Assembly (NCBI RefSeq): GCF_000142905.1
Contig: NW_013657657.1
Coordinates: forward strand, 62,001-126,000
DNA from: Thecamonas trahens ATCC 50062
Taxonomy: Eukaryota > Protista > Apusomonadida
Reading direction: 5' to 3'
DNA length: 64,000 nt
Shown: in pieces, positions 23,002 to 32,300 of the stretch
Numbering within the stretch: the stretch's first letter is position 1
Layout: each line of letters opens with the position of its first letter
Translations under genes and position numbers: made by a program
The notes under the pieces: generated by a model
Told to the model about the DNA's origin: nothing
Database searches by the model: none
What the model saw: the letters and a program-made list of their open reading frames with translations, nothing else

Positions 23002-26000
23002 TTACTTGGCCGGTGTGTGGCTCGCCGGGCACGCCGTGATGTTGGCCTGGAGACGAAGGACGAGGTCGATGAGCTGCTGCTGCGAGAGAAGCCTGGGGTT
23101 GACATTAAAGTCGTTAATGACGGGCGCGGTGTAGCTCGCGCCGACCGACGACATCGACCGCGGGCGGTGGGCCGGGTCTGCCACCGGCGAGTACGACGGT
23201 GGAGCATGCGCAGGATTGGACGCAGGCGCAGGCGCAAAGGCCGGCGGCGAGGCAGTCGGCGGGCTGGTGTGTGCAGAGTGCTGCGCCGGCGTCGGGCCGA
23301 GCAGCGGATTGTGCCCCAGCAGCGGGTTGGACGACGTTCGGTTCATCGGATGGTGGGCCGGGGTGCGACCGGCGGCAGTCGCAGCACTCGCCATCGAGTG
23401 GCCGCCGTACGACGAGTGACGCCGCGGTGCACTCGAGCCGCCAGCGGCGCGGTGTGCGGCAATGGAGGCGCCGGCACCGGGTGCTGCGATCGATATCGAT
23501 GGTGACGACGAGGCAAGCGGCGACGCCGAGGACGCGGCGTTGGCGAGAGCCGGGCCAGCCTTGGCGGCGATTTTGCGCGCCATGAGCTCAAAGACAAAGT
23601 TGACGTTGGAGGCCGTGAGCGAGGAGGCTTCGAGGAAGACGGCGCCGAGCCTGTCGCCGAGAGCGACGGCGTCTTCTGAGCGGACAACACGGCGGGCAGC
23701 CTTGTCGGCATGGGTTCCGACGAGAATGATGGGCAGGCCGCGGGTGGGTGCGCCCATGCGGCGGAGGTGGTCCATCATGTCAGAGACGACGGCAAACGAC
23801 GAGGACGAGACGATGGAGAAGACGAGGAAAATGCCGTGGATGGCCGGTGATGCGGCAGTGAGTGCGGGGAGCGTGTTGGTGTTGGCCTCGTGAAGGCGCA
23901 TGTGCTTCTGTACACCGTCGAGCGAGGCGACAACGTTGAACTGTTCGCGCGGATCGGGCGTCGTCGTGTAGCGCGACTCAAACGGCGAGCCGGCGGCGCG
24001 CTTGAGAAGTGCCGTCTTACCGGCGCGCTCCTCGCCGAGGACGATTACGCAGTACGAGTCTGCGACAGGGCGGGCGGCGTTGATGCGGCCGACCGCAGGC
24101 GCGGCGGCGGCGGCGGCGCCGACAGTGGCAGCGGCGGCGCTTGGAGCGCGGCTGGAGGCCGACATGGTGGCAGCCCGGATCGAGGCCGAGACGGTGGCGG
24201 TGTCGTCAAACTCGAGAGCAAGGTCGCCGTCGCCGAGGCGGGCGGCCGGGTTTGGACTGCCTCCGGTCGAAGAGCCGCCCGAGGCCAGGGCGGCGGCGGC
24301 GGCGGCGGTGCGGTACTGCGGATCATCGACGGCCGGCGGCGGGAGCGAGACCGAGGTTGACCGGCGGCGGTTGTTGAGGTCTTCGATGTGGGCCTTGAAG
24401 GTCTCCATCGCAGTGCGAAGGGCAGAGACAAAGGCCTTTTTGGCGCCGGCGGTCGGGAGTGTGATGACGTAGTTGGAGCCGTGGCGAACGTCGGCAAGCT
24501 GGAAGGTTGGCAGCTCGGTGGCGTCGTCGTTGATGACGAGGTCGCGGAGGATGAGCGAGAGCTTGTACTTGTAGCGTTCCTTGTTGGGCTTGGTGAGGAC
24601 AAGCAGATCGTTGAAGAGGAAGTAGTAGCGCTCCTTCTCGCCGTTGAGGACAAACGGGCCCTGGTCGACCAGGCGCCGGGTCGGGTTGACGAGGCCCTTG
24701 GGCGCGGAGATCATCGAGTTGGCGGCAAGAACCACACCGCGCTTGGCTTCGTTGTCACGCTTCTTCTCATTGATGTCGTCGGCGATGGCGCAAATGAGCT
24801 CAAAGGCACGCTCGACTTCGGCACGGCCAGGCGCCAACGGGCCGAGCTCCTTGAGGAGCGCCCGGAGCAGGAGCGGGTACTTACAGATGCGCTGGATGGG
24901 CTTGATGAGAAAGTCGCCGGCGCCAAGGCCGCCAGCGGCGGCAGCGCGGGTGTCGCAGAACGCGGCCATGGCCGACTTTTTCTTGGCTTTGTCCAGCAAG
25001 TTGAGCGCGTTGACCTGGTTGTTACAGTAGTCCGAGTACATCTTGAGGTACTGCGAAACGTTAATGAGAGCGCCTGCAATGGCGGCGACAAGTTGGTCCT
25101 GCGGCGCATCCTTGCGCGCCGCGAGCAAGTCGTTCATGAGCATGGTGTTGGTCTCGAGCAGCGGCTCGATGGTCATAAAGATCTCATTGACCGTGGAGTT
25201 CTCCACAAACTTGGCCGCCCGCAGCGGCAAAATGTATTCGTTGACAATGTAGTGCAGATCCTGGACGTAGCCGACCTCGGTGTCGACGATTTCGTTGATG
25301 ACAAACATGGCGTTCTTGGGTACGACCTCAAACTGCGAGGCGTCAAAGTCGACAATCTGTGGGGCGGTGGCGGTCGCGGGCACAGGCGCAGGAGTGGGTG
25401 CAGGCGCAGGTGCGGGCTCGGGTGTAGTTGCTGCAGGTGCAGGATTCAGCTGCGGCAGTGGCTTGGGCAGCGGCTTGGCCGCAGGCATCGCCGTCGACGT
25501 CGGCGTCGGTGCCGGTGCCGGCGCCGAAGTCGTGTCCCCCGCCGACGGATCGAGCGGCTGCGAGTCGGACATGGCCGAGCGCATGCGCGGCCACAGGGTG
25601 TCCGGCAACTTTTTGGGGAGTGCAAATCCAGTGTGGAGGAGCTGGTGGGCGAGGTACTGCATGACGACGGCCGAGGCGCTGTCGATGGGCTCATCGGGGC
25701 TGGCCTTGACGAGCTTGAGCAGACGGGATCGGTCCTTGTCGGAGAGTGGGGCAGGTGCAGCAGCCTCGCAAGCGGCAAGAACAGCCGCAGCCGAGGGACC
25801 TTGGGGAGCATCGGCAGCCAAGCGAGCATAGGTAGCTTCCCAGGCAGCCTGGTCCGCTTGCGAGTAGGGCGGATCAAGGAGACGAGGAAGCGGACGATGA
25901 GGATGATCGGAACGAGCAGCAGCAGCAGCATCAAGTGGAAGACCAGCCTGAGCCATAGCAATGAGACGAAGAAAAAGATAGAACTCTTCCCGAGAAAGAT

Positions 26001-26187
26001 CACCAGAGGCAGTGGTATCCGCAAGAGACCATACAGCACGGAGTGTCTTCCGAGGAAGGTGCGTGCCACGGGAGAACTGGAGGACAGCCGTGCCAGAGAT
26101 GGTTCCCTCGTCGCTTCCACCAGACAGTTCTTGGAACACCGCAGGATACACTGCAAGCTCCTCGGGGGTGAGGCTGATGGAGCTCAT
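23002..26187 (-). CDS. EH-EH-DH(RhoGEF)-PH-Ras-like multidomain protein
   Basis: EH: LRAVWSLADTTASGDLSREEFYLFLRLI, plus a second degenerate copy ending LPKKLPDTLWP. DH: INEIVDTEVGYVQDL and FLIKPIQRICKYPLLL. PH: RYYFLFNDLLVLTK. Ras-like: VIVLGEERAGKT, IILVGTHAD and FLEASS. Confidence 0.88.
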   Translation of the reverse strand: MSSISLTPEELAVYPAVFQELSGGSDEGTISGTAVLQFSRGTHLPRKTLRAVWSLADTTASGDLSREEFYLFLRLIAMAQAGLPLDAAAAARSDHPHRPLPRLLDPPYSQADQAAWEATYARLAADAPQGPSAAAVLAACEAAAPAPLSDKDRSRLLKLVKASPDEPIDSASAVVMQYLAHQLLHTGFALPKKLPDTLWPRMRSAMSDSQPLDPSAGDTTSAPAPAPTPTSTAMPAAKPLPKPLPQLNPAPAATTPEPAPAPAPTPAPVPATATAPQIVDFDASQFEVVPKNAMFVINEIVDTEVGYVQDLHYIVNEYILPLRAAKFVENSTVNEIFMTIEPLLETNTMLMNDLLAARKDAPQDQLVAAIAGALINVSQYLKMYSDYCNNQVNALNLLDKAKKKSAMAAFCDTRAAAAGGLGAGDFLIKPIQRICKYPLLLRALLKELGPLAPGRAEVERAFELICAIADDINEKKRDNEAKRGVVLAANSMISAPKGLVNPTRRLVDQGPFVLNGEKERYYFLFNDLLVLTKPNKERYKYKLSLILRDLVINDDATELPTFQLADVRHGSNYVITLPTAGAKKAFVSALRTAMETFKAHIEDLNNRRRSTSVSLPPPAVDDPQYRTAAAAAALASGGSSTGGSPNPAARLGDGDLALEFDDTATVSASIRAATMSASSRAPSAAAATVGAAAAAAPAVGRINAARPVADSYCVIVLGEERAGKTALLKRAAGSPFESRYTTTPDPREQFNVVASLDGVQKHMRLHEANTNTLPALTAASPAIHGIFLVFSIVSSSSFAVVSDMMDHLRRMGAPTRGLPIILVGTHADKAARRVVRSEDAVALGDRLGAVFLEASSLTASNVNFVFELMARKIAAKAGPALANAASSASPLASSSPSISIAAPGAGASIAAHRAAGGSSAPRRHSSYGGHSMASAATAAGRTPAHHPMNRTSSNPLLGHNPLLGPTPAQHSAHTSPPTASPPAFAPAPASNPAHAPPSYSPVADPAHRPRSMSSVGASYTAPVINDFNVNPRLLSQQQLIDLVLRLQANITACPASHTPAK

Positions 26188-26322
26188 GCTTGTAGGGGGG
26201 GTAGGGAGGGGGGGGGGGGGTAGGGGGAGGGGGGGGAGGCGTGTTTCCGTGAATGGGGTAAAGTGGTGGGCGTTGCGGACAGGAGGGAATGAACGGAGGA
26301 AAGGGGGGAGGGGGGGGGGGGG

Positions 26323-26394
26323 TCGGCTACTGATCGGCTACTGATCGGCTGCTGATCGGCTGCTGATCGGCTACTGATCGGCTACTGGTCGGCT
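26323..26394. repeat. 11-bp tandem repeat (TCGGCTRCTGA) x6.5
   Basis: Directly visible. It abuts the Grx3 stop codon and lies upstream of the EH-RhoGEF gene. Confidence 0.92.
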
Positions 26395-27474
26395 TTACGA
26401 GGGAGGAGCAAGTGCAGCCTCCAGCTCGCCATCCTCGGCAAGCTCGTGGGCAATGTCATTGCCGCCGATGAGCTTGCCGTGGGCGTAGAGCTGTGGGAAG
26501 GTCGGCCAGTTGGAGTAGGTCTTGAGGCCTTGGCGGACGTCGTCGTCGGAGAGGATGTCGAACGAGCCGTAGGTGATGCCTGTCGAATTGAGCAGCGTCA
26601 CCATCTTGCGCGAGAAGCCGCAGCGCGGCTCGTCGGGCGTGCCCTTGATGAAGACCATGACCGGATGCGAGGCGATGAGCTCGGCGAGCCGGGCGTTGAG
26701 CGCGTCGCGCTTGGCGTACGCCGCAGCAATCATCGGCGCAAGCTCGTCATCTTCGGCGAGCTCGGCCATGATGTCGAGCCCGCCCACAAGCTTGCCCGAG
26801 ATGTACAGCTGCGGGAAGGTCGGCCAGTTGGAGTAGGTCTTGAGGCCCTGCCGGACCGCCGGGTCTGAGAGGATGTCAAACGAGGCAAAGTCGACCGGCG
26901 CACCGCCCACGTCCACGCTCTGCAGCAGACCAATCGCCTTGCGAGAGAACCCGCACTGCGGCGCACTCGGCTCACCCTTCATGAACAGCACCACCGGCGC
27001 CGAGTCGATGATTCCCTGCATCCGCCGCTCGAGCTTCTTCTTTTCCTTGGCCGCAGCCTTGGCCGCCTCCTCGGAGCTCGCCGCGCCGCCCGCAGGCGCA
27101 GCACTGCCCGCGCCGCCCGCAGGCGCAGCGCTGCCCGCACCGCTGGTAGCACTCATGGCGTTGGCCTCGTTGATGATGCGGACGAGGGCCGGGGCGTTTG
27201 CGCCCTCCAGCCGGGCGACCTCCTTGCCGGCAAGAAAGACGACAAAGGTGGGGACCGAGACCACGTTGTGCGCAAGCGAGAGGCCCGGCACGTCCTCGGC
27301 CTCGACCCGCACATGGGTCACGTTCTCTGCAGGGACAGTGTGGACCACAGCCTCCATCTGGCTCGACGGGCCGCACCACGCCGCCCCAAAGTGGACCACC
27401 ACAGGGCCGGCCTGGGCAAGCGCAGCCTTGGCCGCAGCCTCGGTCGTCGGCCGCAGAATCTCCGAGGACGACAT
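26395..27474 (-). CDS. GLRX3: Multidomain monothiol glutaredoxin (Trx-Grx-Grx; GLRX3/PICOT)
   Basis: N-terminal Trx-like WCGPS, then two Grx domains with KG..P.CGFS and YSNWPTFPQLY. Confidence 0.95.
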   Translation of the reverse strand: MSSSEILRPTTEAAAKAALAQAGPVVVHFGAAWCGPSSQMEAVVHTVPAENVTHVRVEAEDVPGLSLAHNVVSVPTFVVFLAGKEVARLEGANAPALVRIINEANAMSATSGAGSAAPAGGAGSAAPAGGAASSEEAAKAAAKEKKKLERRMQGIIDSAPVVLFMKGEPSAPQCGFSRKAIGLLQSVDVGGAPVDFASFDILSDPAVRQGLKTYSNWPTFPQLYISGKLVGGLDIMAELAEDDELAPMIAAAYAKRDALNARLAELIASHPVMVFIKGTPDEPRCGFSRKMVTLLNSTGITYGSFDILSDDDVRQGLKTYSNWPTFPQLYAHGKLIGGNDIAHELAEDGELEAALAPPS

Positions 27475-27696
27475 CTTGTGTAGGTGTAACGGTGAGGGAG
27501 TGGGTGTGAGTGAAGAACGACGTCAAGTGTTGTTCTTGCCGAGAGGGCACCTTGGTCCGTGTCCGAGCCCGAGCCCCGAGCCCTGAGCTCTCCGACTCGG
27601 TCGCCGTGTCGCCGTCTCTCCGTGTCGCAGTTCCACGACCCGACCCAAACCAACCAACCAACTCTGCGCTGACGCAGCCATTGTCCCCCAATCCTC

Positions 27697-28066
27697 AACC
27701 CAATCCCCAACCCAAACCCGACCAGCATCTCTGCGTCTGCGCAACCAGATCCCAACCGCACCAGGTACAACCATTGCAACCGGATCCCCAACCCAAACCC
27801 GACCAGCATCTCTGCGTCTGCGCAACCAGATCCCAACCGCACCAGGTACAACCATTGCAACCGGATCCCCAACCCAAACCCGACCAGCATCTCTGCGTCT
27901 GCGCAACCAGATCCCAACCGCACCAGGTACAACCATTGCAACCGGATCCCCAACCCAAACCCGACCGGCACCTCTGCGTCTGCGCAACCAGATCCCAACC
28001 GCACCAGGTACAACCATTGCCACCCAATCCCCAACCCAAACCCGACCAGCATCTCTGCGCCTGCGC
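27697..28066. repeat. 81-bp minisatellite (~4.5 copies) between divergent GLRX3 and ETFB
   Basis: Unit ATCCCCAACCCAAACCCGACCAGCATCTCTGCGTCTGCGCAACCAGATCCCAACCGCACCAGGTACAACCATTGCAACCGG repeated almost identically. Confidence 0.93.
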
Positions 28067-28106
28067 AATGCTAATTTGACCCATCCCCTCTCCCTCTCTC
28101 CACCTC

Positions 28107-29307
28107 ATGGCGGCAAACGGAGCATTCGGCCGCGTCCTTGTGGGCGTCAAGCGCGTCATTGACTACGCCGTCAAGGTCCGCGTCAAGCCGGACAAGTCCG
28201 GTGTGGAGACGGTTAATGTCAAGCACTCGCTCAACCCCTTCTGTGAGATTGCTGTACGCCGTCGCTCCCTCCCTTTGTCCTTCCCCCCCATGCCCTTCCC
28301 CCCCCCCCTCCCCCCTCCCTCCCACCGCCCAGTCGCACACCGTCACTGCCACAGATCCCCCCCTCTCGCTCACTGCTCCCTCTCTTCACCCCCTCCCTTC
28401 CCTCCCCCATCCCCACCACCACCCGCATCACTATCCTGCCTTCCTTCTCCCCGCCCCCATCCATCTTCCCTCCCTCCCTCCCCCTTCCNNNNNNNNNNNN
28501 NNNNNNNNNNNNNNNNNNNNNNNNNNNNNNNNNNNNNNNNNNNNNNNNNNNNNNNNNNNNNNNNNNNNNNNNNNNNNNNNNNNNNNNNCTCCTCCTCCTC
28601 CCTCCCCCGCCCCCCCCCTTTCCCGTCCTTCCCCTCCCTCCCCCCTCCCCCCCGAAATTTTGCTCACACCCACACACCCACAGGTCGAAGAGGCTGTCCG
28701 CATGAAGGAGGCAGGCCTGGCTACCGAGGTTGTTGCTGTGTGCGTTGGACCCAAGAAGGCGCAGGAGAACATCCGCTCGGCTCTGGCTATGGGCGCCGAT
28801 CGTGGCATTCACATCGAGACGGACGAGGAGGTCGCTCCGCTCAACGTCGCCCGCATCTTGGCCGAGGTCGCAAAGGCCGAGGAGCCGTCCATGTTCATCC
28901 TTGGCAAGCAGGCCATCGACGACGACTCCAACCAGACCGGCCAGCTCCTCGGCGGTTTCCTTGGTTGGCCGCAAGGCACCATGGCCTCCAAGATCGAGCC
29001 GGTCTCAGACACCGCTGTCCACGTCACCCGCGAGATCGATGGCGGCCTCGAGACCCTCGAGCTCTCGCTCCCGGCTGTCGTCACCGCAGACCTCCGCCTC
29101 AACAAGCCGCGCTTTGCCGCCCTCCCCAACATCATGAAGGCCAAGCGCAAGAAGATCGACGCAAAGACCCCCGCTGACTTTGGCGTTGACATGGCCTCCT
29201 CGCTCCAGACCCTCGAGGTCAACGAGCCGCCCGTCCGTGAGGCCGGCATCATGGTCGGCTCTGTCGACGAGCTCGTCGAGAAGCTCAAGGGCGACGGGCT
29301 CATCTGA
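28107..29307 (+). CDS. ETFB: Electron transfer flavoprotein beta subunit (exons 28107-28253 and 28684-29307)
   Basis: [18 protein letters not shown]...NPFCEIA|[28 protein letters not shown] and ADLRLN.PR. The GTACGC...ACAG intron spans an N-gap. Confidence 0.96.
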
Positions 29308-29358
29308 TCGAGCTCCCCGCTGCCCCATCCCTCATCCCAACCCTGTAAACCGCGTTGT

Positions 29359-32300
29359 TTACCCAGACACCCGCAGCGCTCCGTTTTCAAAGCCAAACAC
29401 AAACATCCGCGAGAGCGGGAGCACACGCACCACAGAGAGCGCGTCCTTGGTCCGCACGCACTGCATCCGCAGCATCCGCATCTCGCTACTCTCCAGTGCC
29501 CCGTCGTGGAGCAAGTTTGCCACAGAGAGCAGCGAGCCGCCCACGCCAAACAGCTGCCGCCCGTGGTACGCCAGCGACGCCACCGGATCGCGGTGCCCGT
29601 GCCCGCGCGAGAGCAGCCGCGGCGCCCCGTGTCCGAGTGCGTTCCACACCGCCACGCTGTGGTCCGACGATGACGTCACAAGCACTTGCGGGCCAGAGTC
29701 CAAGCTTAGCAGCTTCATGTCCAGCACCTGCGAGCTGTGCGCCCGCCACGCCTGCACAAAGTTGCCCGCACGCAGATCGAGCGTAGACACGTGCCCGGTC
29801 GAGAGCCCCGCCAGCACCGCACACGCAGGCTCTGACGCCACAAGCGTTCGCACGTACGTCGCTGCCCCCGCAGATGCAGACGCAGGCATGGCGTGCCACT
29901 CGTGGAGCGCACGCGGCGTCCGCACATCAAAGAACCGGATCGTCGACTCGAGCGTCCCGCCCAGCACGAGCGACGCGTGTCCCACGTGCGCAAGCGATAG
30001 CATCGGCGATGTTCCCTCGTACGACGCAACCGTCGCCCCAGTCTCCACATCCCATACGTGCAACTGCGAGTCGCACGAGACTGCGTGCCCCGCAAACGGA
30101 AGAAGGACCACGTCGTGGAGCGCCTCGCTATGCCGCGAGTACACCGCGCTCCGCTCCGTCCCGTCCAGCCGCCACACGCTCGCGCTGCCGTCGCGCGAGG
30201 CAGAGACAAGGATCCGCTCGTCACCAGAGACCGCCACCGCCCGCACCCGGTCGCTGTGACCCTCCAGCACGCCCACCGGGCGGTCCTCAGGCTCCCAGTG
30301 CTTGCGCCACTCGGCAACGCCTGTTCCGCGAAGCGGTGGCATCGCGCCCGCCCACACAGCCACGGGCGATTCGCTATCCAGCGCACGCCGCCGCATCGTC
30401 GGCACCACGCCGGGACCCACTCCGCTCGCCACCAGCTCGTTCGCCTTCAGTTCCGCCGCTCCCGACGAAAGGTGCGTGTACATGAGCGCCTCAATGAGCT
30501 CTGCGTTCTCGATCTCGCGCCGCATCGTTACCTGGCCCACAAGCCGGCAGAGTGTGTGGTACACCAGGCATGCAAACTCAGGCGTGTGAAGGTCGGACGC
30601 CTCGCCGCCGCCAGCATGCCGCCACAGCGGCTCGGCCTCCATGCTCTCATAAAAGTCGTCATAGTCAGCCAAGTACAACGCAAACCGGTCGATTGCGTGC
30701 GCACGCACTGCGTCCGGCCCGATCACCTCGGCCACACGCATGCAGAGCCCGGCTGCGAGCCGGAACACCTCTTCAGAGTCCATCGGCGGGTGGAGAAGAA
30801 AGTCAAACAATGCTGTCGACGGCACGACCAGCGTGTTGAGCACCACCTCGCTGTCAAGCTCGTCCAGGAACGCGCCCACAAGCCGGAGAAGGCCAATGAC
30901 TCCGCTCACCGGCGCGCGGTCGCCGCGCCCCACTGCCCGGCTCAGATGGTACATCACAAACGGAATGACGTGGTGTGAGAGCGCAGGCTCGCCCACGCTT
31001 GCCACGCACCGGATTGCAAGCTCGGTCACAGCCTCGCTCGCCCCACGCGCCACAGCAACAACGAGCGGCATGACCACAAACTTGAGGCCGACCACAGGCA
31101 GGAAGACCTCCACAAGGAGCTTCTCCAGCTGCAGCGCAAGGAGCGACACAAACTCCAGACTTCCATCCACCACAAGCTCGATGACTGCCGGAAGGATCTC
31201 AGTGACCACAAACGCGCCGCCAAACGCCACCATCACGCTCCGCACATACTCGGCGTCCAGCAGGAGCGCCGCGTACTGCGGCTCGCTCGCAGCCTCGGAC
31301 AACTGCCCGTACAGAGCAACTACGCGCGACTTGAGCATCCGCCCGGAGAGTTGAGGCCCCAGGTGCCGCACAAGCGCAAGCACAATTCGTGCCGCGTCCA
31401 CGCTCGCCTTGCTTGCATCCTCGACAGGCAAGCTCACCGGGAGCACAAGCTCGAGCATGTCAAGCTTCGACATGTACGCCGCCCCATCCAGTAACGCCTC
31501 CAGCACAGACAACGGGTCGTGCCCGCTAGCTCGCGCCTCCCGCACTGCCGCCACTGCCTCAAACGCTTCCCGCAATGCGGCAGGGAAGAGGCCCGCCGTC
31601 AGAGCCGCAGCAGCCAAGCCTGATTGCGCTCCGCGAATGGCACTGAGCAGCTGCTCGCCCACGCCAACTCCGTCTTGCATCGCCAGCAGCAGCGGCTCCA
31701 GCACGCCCGCCAGCGCCACGCAGTCTCCCGCCTGCGACCGGCTCTCGCCCGACGCCACAAACGGCTCTAGCCACCGCTGCGCAAGCGCCTCAAACTCGCC
31801 GCATGTCTCGTGCGCGTCGAGCGCGTACGTCAGCGCATCCAGTGCAGCCGTCCGCTCCACCTGAATCGGCGCCGGCGTAAAAAACGGACCAACCCCTGTG
31901 CTGCTGCTTGGTGTCGCACTGCTCGTCACCGACGACGACCGGCGCCGCGCCTCGACCGCAAGTGCCAGCCCGCTGCCGCCGGGCCCGCTGTCGGACCCGG
32001 TAGCGCCGCCTCCGCCGTCGGACACGACCGGCCCGGACCCAGGCCCGATCCCGGCCCCGCCTCCTCCGGGCGAGCCGGTGCTCTTACCCGAGTTTGGGCT
32101 TCCGCCTTGAACAGGCCCTCCCACTGGCGTTCCACTCCGCGGCGCCGGATCCAGGACAGGCAAGCCCGAAGAGGCTGCCGGTGACGACGGGTTGGTCACC
32201 CGCCCGCGCAGCCGCTCGATCGGCTCGGTCAGCCGGCGGAGCGCAGACATGAGGCCTGTCGACGTCGAGCTGCTTGATGCCCCTCCTCCCGGCGCGGTTG

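Noticed and set aside
27697-28066. CRISPR-like array or Cys/His-repeat protein (ORFs 27510..28079, 27318..28052)
   Set aside because: Units are contiguous with no unique spacers and there are no cas genes. The open frames are a by-product of an 81-bp stop-free unit.
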